Part shown: positions 40,908 through 54,620 of the stretch, one piece after another
Layout of the letters: each line of letters begins with the position of its first letter
Position numbering within the stretch: position 1 is the first letter of the stretch
Origin: Octopus vulgaris
Taxonomy: Eukaryota
NCBI GenBank assembly: GCA_951406725.2
Contig: OX597814.1
Coordinates: forward strand, 171,740,001 to 171,804,000
Reading direction: 5' to 3'
Length of the DNA: 64,000 bases
Made by a program: the position numbers and the translations under genes
The notes under the pieces: generated by a model
The model's input: only the letters and a program-made list of their open reading frames with translations
Told to the model about the DNA's origin: nothing
Database searches by the model: none

Positions 40908-42584
40908 TTGTGGTTATTTTTTCCTCTTCTTCTTCATCCTCTTCCAGCTCCTCCCTGGAGACAGCTAGTTTTTCGTTCCGATGAAATAAATGCATTGGGA
41001 AAGATGTCAATTGAAGCATACTGCAGAGAAGCGATCGAGATTAGATGCGAGACAGCTCTGGCTGATGAAGGTCCAACACAGATATCAGTGGAAACGCGCG
41101 TGCGCAAACACACACGCACACACTAACACACATACACACACACACACACACGCACACACACACAAATACACACATACACACCAGCACACGCATGCACACA
41201 CGTATGTACTTATGCTTGTATACACGTAGGTCTGCATGCATATATATATATATATATATACACACATAATATATATATATATATACACACACATAATATA
41301 TATATGTATATATACACATATAATATATATATATATATACATGTATAATATATATATATACATATATATATAATATATATATATATATATGTATACATAT
41401 ATAATATACAGATAATATATATGTATATATGTAAACATAATATATATGTGTGTGTGTGTATGAGTATATATATATATATGTATATATGTATATACACACA
41501 TACACACACACACAGAAAGTAAGCTGACTTCGAGAAAGATAGGCAATTGATATACTGAGAGGAGGAGGAGGGGAGGAGGGGAGAAGGAGAGAAAGAAAGA
41601 GGACAAAGAGAGGGAGAGATACGGGGAGAGCGAGAGAGAAAGAAATGAAGCTAAAATGATTGTCATTGTTCACCGAGGAGGAGGAAATAGATGGGAAGAA
41701 GAAAAAGAAGGGAAACAAAGAGCTAGAGGAAGAGGAGGAATGGTGAATAATAACTAGAAGAAGAAGAAGAAGAAGAAGAAGAAGAAGAAGAAGAAGAAGA
41801 AGAAGAAGAAGAAGAAGAAGAAGAAGAAGAGAACAGCAACGACAACTCCAAAACCACGAGCAACAGTTGCTGCCAGACACCATCAACTTTTCCCAGAGGT
41901 TTTAATTTTAGCTGTTCAGTTTTGAACGTCTTCAGTGATTCTAGCAAATATTTATCCCAAAAGTAAGCATAAAAAGCATAGGAACAAGGGTCAGTATTTT
42001 ATCTCTTTTTATATCTTAGTGAGAGGAAGAATGATAGTGCCAGTGATCTTTGAACTGTTGTTTATGTTGGCATCGTCGCTGCAGAATTTGTTGCGTTTTC
42101 TTCCGAATGCTTTAGGGCGACGCTTCTGAAAACGATAGCGCTTCACGGGTACGCAAGGGAAAAATACGGTTGCATGCAAAACTTTGTAAAACCTAAGGGA
42201 TTGTGGAGTAACCACAACCAATTACTTTACAAAATTGCGTCCTCACTTGCAGCTAATAATATTTATGAAAGAGTTTGGAGATCGCAAGTCATTGAAAATG
42301 TTGCAAACGGCAATAAAAGGATTTTGACGAACAAACCGATTTGTAGTTTTACCAACACGTTAAATAAACGATCAATTAGTTAGCTGGATAGATACTTAAC
42401 CAGTTGACTAATAATAAAGGAGTGGAGTTGTACCTGTGCATGTGTTATTATTGGCGTAATGACTCCCCCAAGACACAACAAAATTTATAAAAGAAATGTC
42501 GTTAAATATATTATGTTGAGGTCTTGACCTCTAAATATAATTAATTTTGGAACAAGTTAAAAAATTTTAGTGAGCGGGGAAGTA

Positions 42585-43813
42585 TGTTACATCGGATTCA
42601 CTTTTGAACTGGTGCTTATTTTATTGGCTTCCAAAGGACGAAAGGCAGGGTCGACCCCGGTAGCACTTGAAATCAGAACGTAAAGGACCGGAAGGAATGC
42701 TAAGCATTTTGCCCAGCGCGCTAACAATTCTACCAGCTTGCTGCCTTACTTCTAAATATAATCCTTTCTACAATGGGCACAAGGACTGAAATTATGAAGG
42801 GAGAGGGGTCAGTCGATTAGATTGACTCCAATACGCAACTGATACTTAATTCATCGACCCCGAAAGGATGAAAAGTAAAGTCGACCTCGGCGGAATTTGA
42901 ACTCAGAACATAGCAGCAGATGAAACGCCTATTTTTTTACTACCCACAAGGGACTAAACTCAGAGAGAACAAACGAGGACAAGCAAACAGATTAAGTCGA
43001 TTACATTGACCCCCCCCCCAGTGCGTAACTGGTACTTAATTTATCGACCCCGAAAGGATGAAAGGCAAAGTCGACCTCGGCGGAATTTGAACTCAGAACG
43101 TAACGGCAGACGAAATACGGCTAAGCATTTCACCCGGCATGTTAACGATTCTCCCAGCTCGCTATTTTAATAATCCTTTCTACTATTGGTACAAAACCTG
43201 AAATTTGGGATTACATTAATCCAAGTGCTATACAGGTATTTATTTCATCGATTCCAGAATGGAAAAAGCCAATGCCGACGACCTTGCCAGAATTTGAACT
43301 CAGAATGTAAGACCGGATGAAATGTCACAAAGCATTTTGTCCAGCGTGATATCCATTCTGCCAGTTTGCCACCTTAGATCAAACCCCTGTACGCAACTTG
43401 TACTTAATTTATCGACCCCGAATGAGTGAACGGCAAAGTCGACCTCGGTGGAATGTCGCTGCCTTAAATAATAATAATAATAATAATCCTTCTAACTGTA
43501 GGCACAAGGCCTGAAATTTGGAGGAGGGGTGTAGTCGAATCATCGATCCCCAGTGTTCAACTGGTACTTATTTCATCGACCCCGAAAGGATGAAAGGCAA
43601 AGTCGACCTCGGCGAAATTTGAACAATAACGATGATGATAAATAATAATTGTTTCTATAAAAGGCAGAAGGCCTGAAATTTTGGGGCAGGGGTCGAGTCG
43701 ATTACATTGACCTTAGTATTCCACTGGTACTTAATTTATGGATCCCGAAAGGTCACGGACGAATTATCGCTAAGCATTTTGTGTAAATAATAATAATAAT
43801 GATGATAATAATG

Positions 43814-43846
<33 letters not shown>

Positions 43847-44057
43847 GTTTCAAATTTTGCCACAAAGCAACTGTTATAGGGCAGGGGATGAGTGGATTTT
43901 GTCGACCCCAGTACGAAACTGGTACTTAATTAATCGACTCCGAAAGGATGAGAGGTAAAGTCGACCTCGGCTGAACCTGAACTCAGAACGTAGCGGCAGA
44001 CGAAATACTGCTAAGCATTTCGCCCGGCATGCTAACAATTCTGCCAGCTCGCCGCCT
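42585..44057 (-). mobile_element. Cluster of at least 7 SINE family A copies/fragments in AAT-rich DNA
   Basis: Repeated cgaccccgaaaggatgaaaggcaaagtcgacctcgg modules; head ends near 42746, 43162, 43374, 43463 and 44056. Confidence 0.88.
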
Positions 44058-44071
44058 TAAATAATATTAAT

Positions 44072-44165
<94 letters not shown>

Positions 44166-44212
44166 GCAACAACAACAACAGCAACAACAAAAACAACAAC
44201 AACAACAACAAC

Positions 44213-44268
<56 letters not shown>

Positions 44269-44288
44269 CAATAACAGTGATAATAATA
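44072..44288. repeat. (AAT)n(AAC)n(AAT)n microsatellite
   Basis: Directly visible. Confidence 0.95.
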
Positions 44289-44683
44289 AGGCGAGCTGGC
44301 AGAAACGTTAGCACGCCAGGACGAAATGCTTAGCGGTAGTTCGTTACGTTCTGAGTTCAAATTCCGCCGAGGTCGACTTTGCCTTTCATCCTTTCGGGGT
44401 CGATTAAATAAGTACCAGTTATGCACCGGAGTCGATATAATCGACTTAATCGGTTTGTTTGTCCTTGTTTCCCCTCTGTGTTTAGCCCCTTGTGGGTAGT
44501 AAAGAAATAGGTATTTCGTCTGCCGTTACGTTCTGAGTTCAAATTCCGCCGAGGTCGACTTTGCTTTATCCTTTCGGGGTCGATTAAATAAGTACCAGTT
44601 ATACACTGCGGTCGATGTAATCGACTTAATCCCTTTGTCCTTGTTTGTGCTCTCTGTGCTTAGCCCCTTGTGGGCAATAAAGA

Positions 44684-44686
<3 letters not shown>
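44289..44686 (+). mobile_element. SINE family A, dimeric copy flanked by (AAT)n
   Basis: Head ggcgagctggcagaaacg; body restarts at ~44510; ends caataaagaaa(taa)n. Confidence 0.88.
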
Positions 44687-44734
<48 letters not shown>

Positions 44735-44842
44735 TAAAAAATAATAATAATAATAATAACAATGAGTAGTAGTAGTAGCAGCAGAGGTAGTAGTAGTAGT
44801 AATAATAGCAGCAGCAGCAGTAGCAGCAGCAGCAGCAGTAGC

Positions 44843-44893
<51 letters not shown>

Positions 44894-45694
44894 CTAAAAG
44901 GACCCCCGTGTTTTTTTTTTGTTTTTTTTCTTACTTTTGTATCAAAATAGTATTAGCAAATTAGTTGCAAAATCCAGAAAGTCAACTTTCCAAAAGATTA
45001 TTTATAAGTGAAGTAAAGCATGGCATGCAAATATAATCAACCATCACTCTTTCTCTCCAAGAGAACCCCAGTTCCACCTCATAGCGATTTAGTTATGCTG
45101 TGGTTCTATATAAATGTCACATAAATCAACAGTTTTCCCCCCTCTCTCTTTTCTGTATATTTACATGTACGTACGTATGTATGTATTCGTATGTATAAAT
45201 ATGTATATGTGTGCGTGTGTTTGTGGAATTTTCAATATTAATGTAGAGCATCATCGTTTTTATTCTGCCTTGTTACGGTCTAGCAACGATATAATTCTTT
45301 GTATAACAGCGCGTAAATCTTAAAGTCAGCCTGTCTTCTATCTATCTGTACCTCTCGTCCATAGCGTATGTATTTGTTACATATGTACATACAAACTTAT
45401 GTTGTCTTCTCATTCGTTACATATTATGTATATTAAACATTTAATGTATTATAACTTCTGCAAAACACCGATCCAAAATATACATATATATTTAATTACA
45501 TATACTCAGTGTCGGTTAGATGCTAGATTTATTCTAAAGCTATTACTGAGTTAACAAAATACACGTTGATGGTGTTTATGTATGTATGTAAGTATGTATG
45601 TATGTATGTATGTATGTATGTATGTATGTATGTATGTATGTATGTATGTATGTATGTATGTATGTATGTATGTATGTATGTATGTATAGATAGG

Positions 45695-45991
<297 letters not shown>

Positions 45992-46019
45992 CTATATATA
46001 TAAACATATATATATATAT

Positions 46020-46057
<38 letters not shown>

Positions 46058-46061
46058 CATA

Positions 46062-46122
<61 letters not shown>

Positions 46123-46139
46123 CACATACATATACATAT

Positions 46140-48142
46140 CTTTTGGAGAAAAATTAACCAATCTGTACGAGGACCTTAAATCAAATGACAAACCTGAACA
46201 TGGCGACCTACTAAAAAAAAAGTATTCAAATCTAAAAAAGAACCAAGCGACTACCCAACACCTTACCAGATTTGAAGTTCAGGACGTATCCTAGAAGGTG
46301 TAATATACATCAGCAGAAAATCAGAAAATTATTTGTCGTCTCTAAGAAAGCTCCGGGGATACTTGTACTAGCGAACAAAACAAGTAACACTTACATTGTT
46401 GATGTTGAGTTATATAAGCCAATGATTAGGAAGAAATTACACGGCAAATATAGACACGCCAGTGACGACGTATTTAAAAGAATTAACAATACAGGGTTAC
46501 AACTCGTTAGTGATCTAGTTATAGATGATAGAACCGAGCCATACATCCATAGAAAACCACGAATCATGCTTGGAACCATAAACTTAACTTTCTTATTGAT
46601 CCACTCATATTGATTTGTCCTAAATCCGATATAGGCATTATTAAGCAAAAACATCATTGATAGGGTAATACCCACCATTAGGTCTAAAATTAAATTAGCC
46701 CTCTGGTCTGATACCCAAGAGGTGGTGGCATGGTTTAAGCTTCTGGAAATTAGTAAGAATATTAAATTCTTGCAACTATATATGTAAAGCTATTATGCTA
46801 CTATTAACCCGATCATCCTTAATCAAGCCCTGAAATTCTGATTTGTCCCGTCGCAAAATAGATATTATACTTGCCACGCGATCCACTTTAGTAGATTTTG
46901 GGTGTAGATTATGGAATAGATTAGATAGGGAGAATGGTTTTGATATAGCAATGCGGTCATATGACTCTGCACAGGTCACAGACCTAGTCGAAATAAATAT
47001 CCTTTCATTAATCCAGTCTTCCTTTCCGGAAGTAACTAGGGGTCTATACAGAGATGACGCCTTATTTTTTCTGGACAGAAGTTGCAAAGTACATTTAGAA
47101 AGGTATAGGAAAAATTTCTTTGAATTTTTAAAAAATTTAGAACTAAAGATTACTATGGAAAAGGATTATCATCGAGTAAATTTTCTTGACTCTACCTTCT
47201 GTCTCAATACTGGATTATTTGAACCATTTCGTAAGCCAAATGATCATATTAAGTACATTAGCGTAGCATCCAACCATCCACCCTCGATAATGCGGAGATT
47301 AGTATTGAATATTTCTACAAGAATTTCTAGATTATCCGCTAATAATAAAATTCCTAAATCTAATCGATATCATGCTATTTTGAATCGGCACACTGTGAAG
47401 GTATCCTACGCTAACTCTGCTAATTTAGAGCAGCTTATGCACCGCATAAACAATAGCAAAATGGGACAACAGTTAAAAAAAATACCTACTGGATATAGCG
47501 AACATGTGCATCTAAATACCATCAAAAGAGATGTAAACCGCAATGTAAAACACCAATTACGGACAAATTGTAATAGTAGAAATACTTGTGATACAGCTAA
47601 CGCGGTCACAACGTCGGAAAGAGTCGAAACTGCCTTATATACAAATAAATATGATAAATGCTCATACAGAGAAAAACAAAAATGCCCATTGATGAACCTC
47701 TGTATGAGTACCGTGCACACAAAAAGGGGAGGGCGGTATGTTTACATTGGGCAGACGGCTGATTCATTTACGAATCGTTATCGTAACCATGTTGCCAGCT
47801 TTAGGTCAATCAATAAGAGACATTCAACATCTTTGACCGATTTTGTATGGCGACTGAAGGAGGATAAAATTGAGTGTAGCATAACTTGGTTCATAATAAG
47901 GCACGCGAAACCATACAATATAATTTCCAGGAGATGCCGTCTCTGCTCCGAGGAATCCCTGTCTATTCTGTGGACTAATGAGAAAATAATTAATAGAATT
48001 TCTGAAAGACTCTCCAGATTCCTGCACGCAAATATAAATGTACTTTCGCACAATGCAGTGAGAATGAATTTGAGTAATTGTTAACATAATTTACTTTAAG
48101 GTATGGATGAACTAAGTTTAGTTTTAACTTCCCCATTCTTAT
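46140..48142 (+). mobile_element. Penelope-like element (Neptune-type) relic: RT + GIY-YIG endonuclease, disrupted
   Basis: LANKTSN, FDIAMRSYDSAQVTDLV, GLYRDDAL, VNFLDSTF, RKPND..SNHPPSI, CPLMNLC, YVYIGQT..F..RY.NH..SF, CRLCSEE; upstream part frameshifted; 413-aa ORF at 46843-48084. Confidence 0.9.
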
Positions 48143-48152
48143 AAACACCAAC

Positions 48153-48541
48153 GTGGAGGCGCAATGGCCCAAAGGTTAGGGCAGCGGACTCGCGGTCATA
48201 GGATCGCGGTTTCGATTCCCAGACCGGGCGTTGTGAGTGTTTATTGAGCGAAAACACCTAAAGGCTCCACGAGGCTCCGGCAGGGGATGGTGGTGATCCC
48301 TGCTGTACTCTTTCACCACAACTTTCTCTCACTCTTACTTCCTGTTTCTGTTGTACCTGTATTTCAAGGGGCCGGCCTTGTCACTCTCTGTGTCACGCTG
48401 AATATCCCCGAGAACTACGTTAAGGGTGCACGTGTCTGTGGAGTGCTCAGCCACTTACACGTTAATTTCACGAGCAGGCTGTTCCGTTGATTCGGATCAA
48501 CTGGAACCCTCATCGTCGTAACCGACTGAGTGCTTCCATCC
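48153..48541 (+). mobile_element. SINE family C (tRNA-derived), full length with 9-bp TSD
   Basis: A-box-like tggcccaaagg, B-box-like ggtttcgattccc; aaacaccaa at 48143-48151 and 48542-48550. Confidence 0.85.
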
Positions 48542-48767
48542 AAACACCAAGTAGATTTTTAACTCGTTTTGTGATCTTGAGTGCACCAAACTTCACATCT
48601 GCGTATGCATATATTTTCACGGATGCTTGTATGAGCGAATGTACACGCACCATGCAGCTCGCACGAGAGCGTTTATACATCCATAATTGTTAACGGTTAG
48701 TTTCAATACTTTTCTCGCTGTGTTGCGCGTTCGTTTCTCTTTTGCATCTGTGATTTTATTTTTGATA

Positions 48768-49174
48768 TCTTTATATATAAAAGTGAAGTTGTGTGTCTGT
48801 CTCCTACGATTTAGATTCCTAACTACTCACACATTTTGCGGTGCAGTTTAACTAAAAAACCGGGTACCTTATAGTCGTGATTCATATCGAGCCCTTCTGG
48901 GTATTAGCGCGCGTCTACAATGAGTCTACGATTTTAAAAATAATTTACCATTATTTTTTCCATTTTAATGCATTTTTTCACTATTATATAAGGGAAGTAA
49001 CTCTCTAAAAATGTCTATGATGAGTCAACGATTAAAAAAAAAAATTTACCATCATTTTTTTTTTTTTTCCATTTTTAATGCATTTTTTTTGCTATTTTTT
49101 GGCTATAACTCTCTAAAAATGCTTATATAGTTATTTCCCTTACAAACCCGAGCAACGCCGGGCGATACTGCTAG
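48768..49174 (+). mobile_element. Non-autonomous Helitron
   Basis: A^TCtttatatataaaag...cccgagcaacgccggg hairpin..CTAG^T; no TSD. Confidence 0.88.
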
Positions 49175-49255
49175 TTCTATGTAAATGAAGATTTGACTGC
49201 TTTTCATTCGACGAAATGAGAAGAAACATTGCGGAACTGTTATGTTAACAAGTTT

Positions 49256-49361
49256 ATCACCCGATGAGACGCATCTGCATCGCCGGATGTTCCTGGACCA
49301 GTCGTTGAGTGTCCCACCCGTGAGGGATCGATTCTAGGTGTGTCGAAACAACGGCCGTGAT
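49256..49361 (+). ncRNA. Type-I hammerhead-like motif with extended stem II (probably mutated)
   Basis: atcac-CCGATGA-gacgcatct...aggtgtgtc-GAAA-caacg-GCC-gtgat; stem I 5 bp perfect, stem II 9 bp with GU pairs; GCC instead of GUC. Confidence 0.5.
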
Positions 49362-49577
49362 TAATACACTCTCGTATATTCCATCTTCCGTCTTTCATTT
49401 ACCATATACATACATACATACATACAAGGTACAGGAAACTTATATATACACCACTCTGCTTAAATAATGGAACTAAATACAATACCTTACTATCTCACGT
49501 CTGTATTCATTCCTCCACTTCACTCTGCATTTCATATATTCTCTATAATAACTATTACTTAATCATTTTCTCGCACA

Positions 49578-49625
49578 GTCTCTGATGAAGGGATATATAA
49601 AATATCCCGGAAACGGTTGTAAGAC
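49578..49625 (+). ncRNA. Type-I hammerhead ribozyme motif
   Basis: gtct-CTGATGA-agggatat ataaa atatcccg-GAAA-cggtt-GTA-agac; canonical core, stem I gtct/agac, stem II gggatat/atatccc. Confidence 0.65.
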
Positions 49626-49650
49626 ATTCTCTTTCTCTCTCTTTTTTTTT

Positions 49651-50008
49651 CTCTTTTACTTGTTTCAGTCATTTGACTGCGGCCATGCTGGAGCACCACC
49701 TTTTAGTACTTATTCTATCGGTCTCTTTTTGCCGAACCGCTAAGTGACGGGGACGTAAACACACCAGCATCGATTGTCAAGCAATGCTAGGGGGACAAAC
49801 ACAGACACACAAACACACACACATATACATATATATACATATATACGACAGGCTTCTTTCAGTTTCCGTCTACCAAATCCACTCACAAGGCATTGGTCGG
49901 CCCGGGGCTATAGCAGAAGACACTTGCCCAAGATGCCACGCAGTGGGACTGAACCCGCAACCGTGTGGTTGGTTAGCAAGCTACTTACCACACAGCCACT
50001 CCTGCGCC
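49651..50008 (-). mobile_element. SINE family B
   Basis: Reverse complement of family B with a small internal deletion. Confidence 0.88.
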
Positions 50009-50068
50009 TCTTTATAAATGTTCTAAAAATTATTGACAGCCTTGAATTTTTTTATCTTATTATATTTA

Positions 50069-50399
50069 TACAGTAATGCTTCGGTATACGAGTTAATTTG
50101 TTCCCGGAGACCGCTCGTAAAGCGGAAACTCTTAAAGTAGAACAATAATTTTCAATAGTAGCAATGTTATAAATCATATTGCGTTCCCAGAAAAAATATT
50201 TATGATACTCGTAACTAAATGGCAATAAAACAACAGCAGAATGAAAAGAATATTTTATGTAAAGTAAAAAGAATGTCAAAATCATTTATAATAGAAAAAA
50301 TTATTATTATGATCGTTTTCTGAATCACTTTCACTCACAATAGATTCGCGCTCATATCACTTGTAGGCGCAATCGCCGATTCACAAGTATTCGTAGACG

Positions 50400-50400
<1 letters not shown>
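50069..50400 (+). mobile_element. pogo/Tigger-like non-autonomous DNA transposon end
   Basis: ta-cagtaatgcttcggtatacgagttaatttgttcc..gctcgta resembles recalled pogo-type termini. Confidence 0.4.
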
Positions 50401-50435
<35 letters not shown>

Positions 50436-50439
50436 GAAG

Positions 50440-50645
50440 CTCTTACTTCCTGTTTCTGTTGTACCTGTATTTCAAAGGGCCGGCCTTGTCACTCTCTGTG
50501 TCACGCTGAATATCCCTGAGAACTACGTTAAGGTTATACGTGTCTGTGGAGTGCTCAGCCACTTACACGTTAATTTCACGAGCAGGCTGTTCCGTTGATC
50601 GGATCAATCGGAACCCTCGTCGTCGTAACCGACGGAGTGCTTCCA
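50440..50645 (+). mobile_element. SINE family C, 3' half
   Basis: Closely matches ~48332-48538. Confidence 0.85.
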
Positions 50646-50674
50646 TATATATATATATATATTTATTATATATA

Positions 50675-51005
50675 TATAATCAAAATAAGCAACAAGGATA
50701 TCCAAAGGTAGTGCAGTACAATCGTTTCATGCTACTTCATTTAATTAAACAATGTATTGCATCGGTTTTAAGATGTAGAGCAATCTCCGGTTACATATGG
50801 AATTTTTTAATTAAATTGACAATATTCATTTTTATACTTATTCCATTTTTATACTTATTGTCAATTTAATGAAAAAATTCCATATGTGGCTGAAGATTGC
50901 ACTACATCTTAAAACCGATGTAATACATTGTTTAATTAAATGAAGTAGCATGAAACGATTGTACTGCACTACCTTTGGATATCCTTGTTGCTTACTTTGC
51001 TTATA
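50675..51005. repeat. Long inverted repeat (~150-bp arms, ~31-bp spacer) carrying a hammerhead motif
   Basis: 50675-50824 vs 50856-51005; right arm gtgg-CTGAAGA...GAAA-cgatt-GTA-ctgc at 50886-50967. Confidence 0.88.
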
Positions 51006-51284
51006 ATCATCCCATTTTATTTATATGGATAATACCATACCAAATTCTGGTGCCTTTAACTTAAGTACCCTATTCATCAGAATCTAAATTTTTACTGAAC
51101 TTATATATATATGTATATATATATATATATATATAAAATAGTGTACATTTAAACACAAAGAGAAATTTACCTATAACAGGTAATTTCTACACGCTAGGAG
51201 AAGTCAAAACGACTTAAGACCACAAAAAAGAAATTTAAGCAATTTCAAAGGGAATGCAAAATAAAATCTTTTACCTTGTTTTTA

Positions 51285-51359
51285 CGGTTATACCTAGAGG
51301 TTTCGGATTTTTTTTAATTAAAATAATTTACTTTACAGGCAAATCTTCTTCAGTAACCG
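51285..51359 (-). ncRNA. Type-I hammerhead ribozyme motif
   Basis: Minus strand: cggtta-CTGAAGA-agattt...aaatcc-GAAA-cctctag-GTA-taaccg; 6-bp perfect stem I; stem III acct/aggt. Confidence 0.7.
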
Positions 51360-52739
51360 AGCCTTCCAAGACTAACTTATAATTATGAGACCGATTGCAT
51401 GTGTCCCATCTCTATATGTTATGAATTCTTTTCAAAATCAACTATGCACGCGTAGTTTCAGTTGACAGAAAATGAATAATGCTGAAACGAACTTTGAAAA
51501 GCTAATATCGATACTTAGATATCTATATAGGGTATTACTTTTGACAAATGTATTACCAGTGGCCTAGCATATATAAAAAAAGTCAATAGCCGACATATTA
51601 TTCAATATAAAAGAGTGTACATTTAACCACAAAGAGAAATTTACCTACAACGACTTAAGACCACAAAAAAAAAAAAAAAATTAAGCAATTTCAAAGGGAA
51701 TGAAAAATAAAAACTTTTTCCTTGTTTTAACAGAAATTACCTGTAATAGGTAAATTTCTCTTCTGTTTTTACTTGTTGTTAAATTTTCACAAATATATGA
51801 AAATCTATTTAGATAGATGCATCGATGTCCACACTGAAGATTGGAAATGGGTTATAATTTTTGTAAACATAATTGTTGAAATTTATTCAATATTCATTAC
51901 TACCTTAATTAATTTAAATACTCATTCGTTAATCTTACCAGGATGACAAGAAAATTTAATTACTGTCGCAACAACTTTATTTCAAAATTAAATTTGGCAT
52001 AAGAAAACAACGCGGGCTTTGAGCCCGTTAAACCGCAAAGGGCCATTAACATTGTGACCTTGTTGAAATTTTCGGATGACTATATTAAATTTTGATTTCC
52101 TTGTCATGGACATCTCGATGTAGATTTGAGATTTCTTACCGTATTTCGCATGTTTCAAGTACTGGCTAATGACTAAATAAAGCCTACTAAACTTCACTTA
52201 GAAAAATGTCATTCAATCATTGTCAAGATCAGATGAAGATCATTTCAAATATCGATCACAAGTATAAAACGACTTCTATGTCATCGCTGGAGCTTTCTAC
52301 GAACCGAATGTGCTGTTGCACATTACTCAGACAAAATAGCCGCGTGCTATTGGTGAGCAACAGATTCTACCGCGTGTTAAATAGATGGTATAAATAATTA
52401 TTAGAGTGGTCCTTCTCTGTATCCAATGATATTGTATCCAAATGGATTTATGAGAAAACAACAGTAATGACTTATTTCGTTTTGGGATTTGGTTTGCAAG
52501 ATTCTTTATATAAGTTCGTGTGTTGAAGCATATTCTGTTGTGTCTAGGGAGAGTCATTTTCTTTTTGTGCCTTATAATTTAACTCACCGGTAAAATTTCC
52601 CTTTATTTTCCTAAAATTTTCGTTGCGTCTTGCAACCATTTCAGTAGTCAAGACCAACCAGACACAACAGAGTAACGACTTAGCAATTTAAAAAAATTAA
52701 ATACTATTCTCTCTTTTGTATATAACTAAATGAGGTAAC

Positions 52740-53950
<1,211 letters not shown>

Positions 53951-54218
53951 TTTTCAGTAAATATTTAATTTAATTGTTTTTCCATTAGATGCATAGTTGA
54001 TCATTGACTGAACTTTCTCAACAGATTTTGGGTTAAGTTTCATTGACCTAACGGCTCAATTAGTCCAACAATACCTTAAATAAATGAAAGTGGGACACGA
54101 AAGGAAACTAGTTGACACTTCAGTTCTAATGGTCATCAAACTTGCAAGAAATACAAGTCGAATTTCACGCAGATCCTCCTCTGTAATCATGAAAGGAAGA
54201 AGCATTTATGATAATACA

Positions 54219-54620
54219 TACAAAGTGCATTCAAATCATATGGAAACTTTTCCAGGAGAAACATTAGTTTAAAAAACAGAAACAAAAACAAAAAAAAAAT
54301 AACTCTAATATCTTTCAAAGTAGAGTCCTTTGGTTTCAATGCACTTGTAACACTCTAGTCATTCGTGAAGGTCCCCATGGAAGTCCCTCAAAGTTAAGGT
54401 GTCCAGTTCGGTGTCACAGCATCCTCCATCTTGTCCTTCAACTTGTGAAACAACCAAATGTCACAGAGAGCAAGGTATGAACTGTAAGAATGGTGAGGAA
54501 TAGTTTTGATGCCTGTCTCTGTCAAATTGTTGGTTATGATGGAATGCGAACTGGTACATTGTCCTGGTGCAGGTGATCTTACCTTTTGCGACGAAATCTC
54601 TTCCTAAATTCCTTCAAAAT
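54219..54620 (-). pseudogene. Mariner transposase C-terminal relic with terminus
   Basis: Minus strand LHQDNVPV, IKTIPHHSYSSYLALCDIWLFHKLK, KCIETKGLYFE; terminus-like tacaaagtgcattcaaa at 54219. Confidence 0.75.

Noticed and set aside
41055-41105. CTGATGA...GAAAcgcgcgt hammerhead-like motif
   Set aside because: No convincing stem I or II, and G at the cleavage position.
46843-48084. Functional 413-aa host gene
   Set aside because: Part of a disrupted Penelope-like ORF with upstream frameshifts and altered RT motifs.
48153-48225. tRNA genes at SINE heads
   Set aside because: A/B boxes are present but no complete cloverleaf; they continue into repeated SINE bodies.
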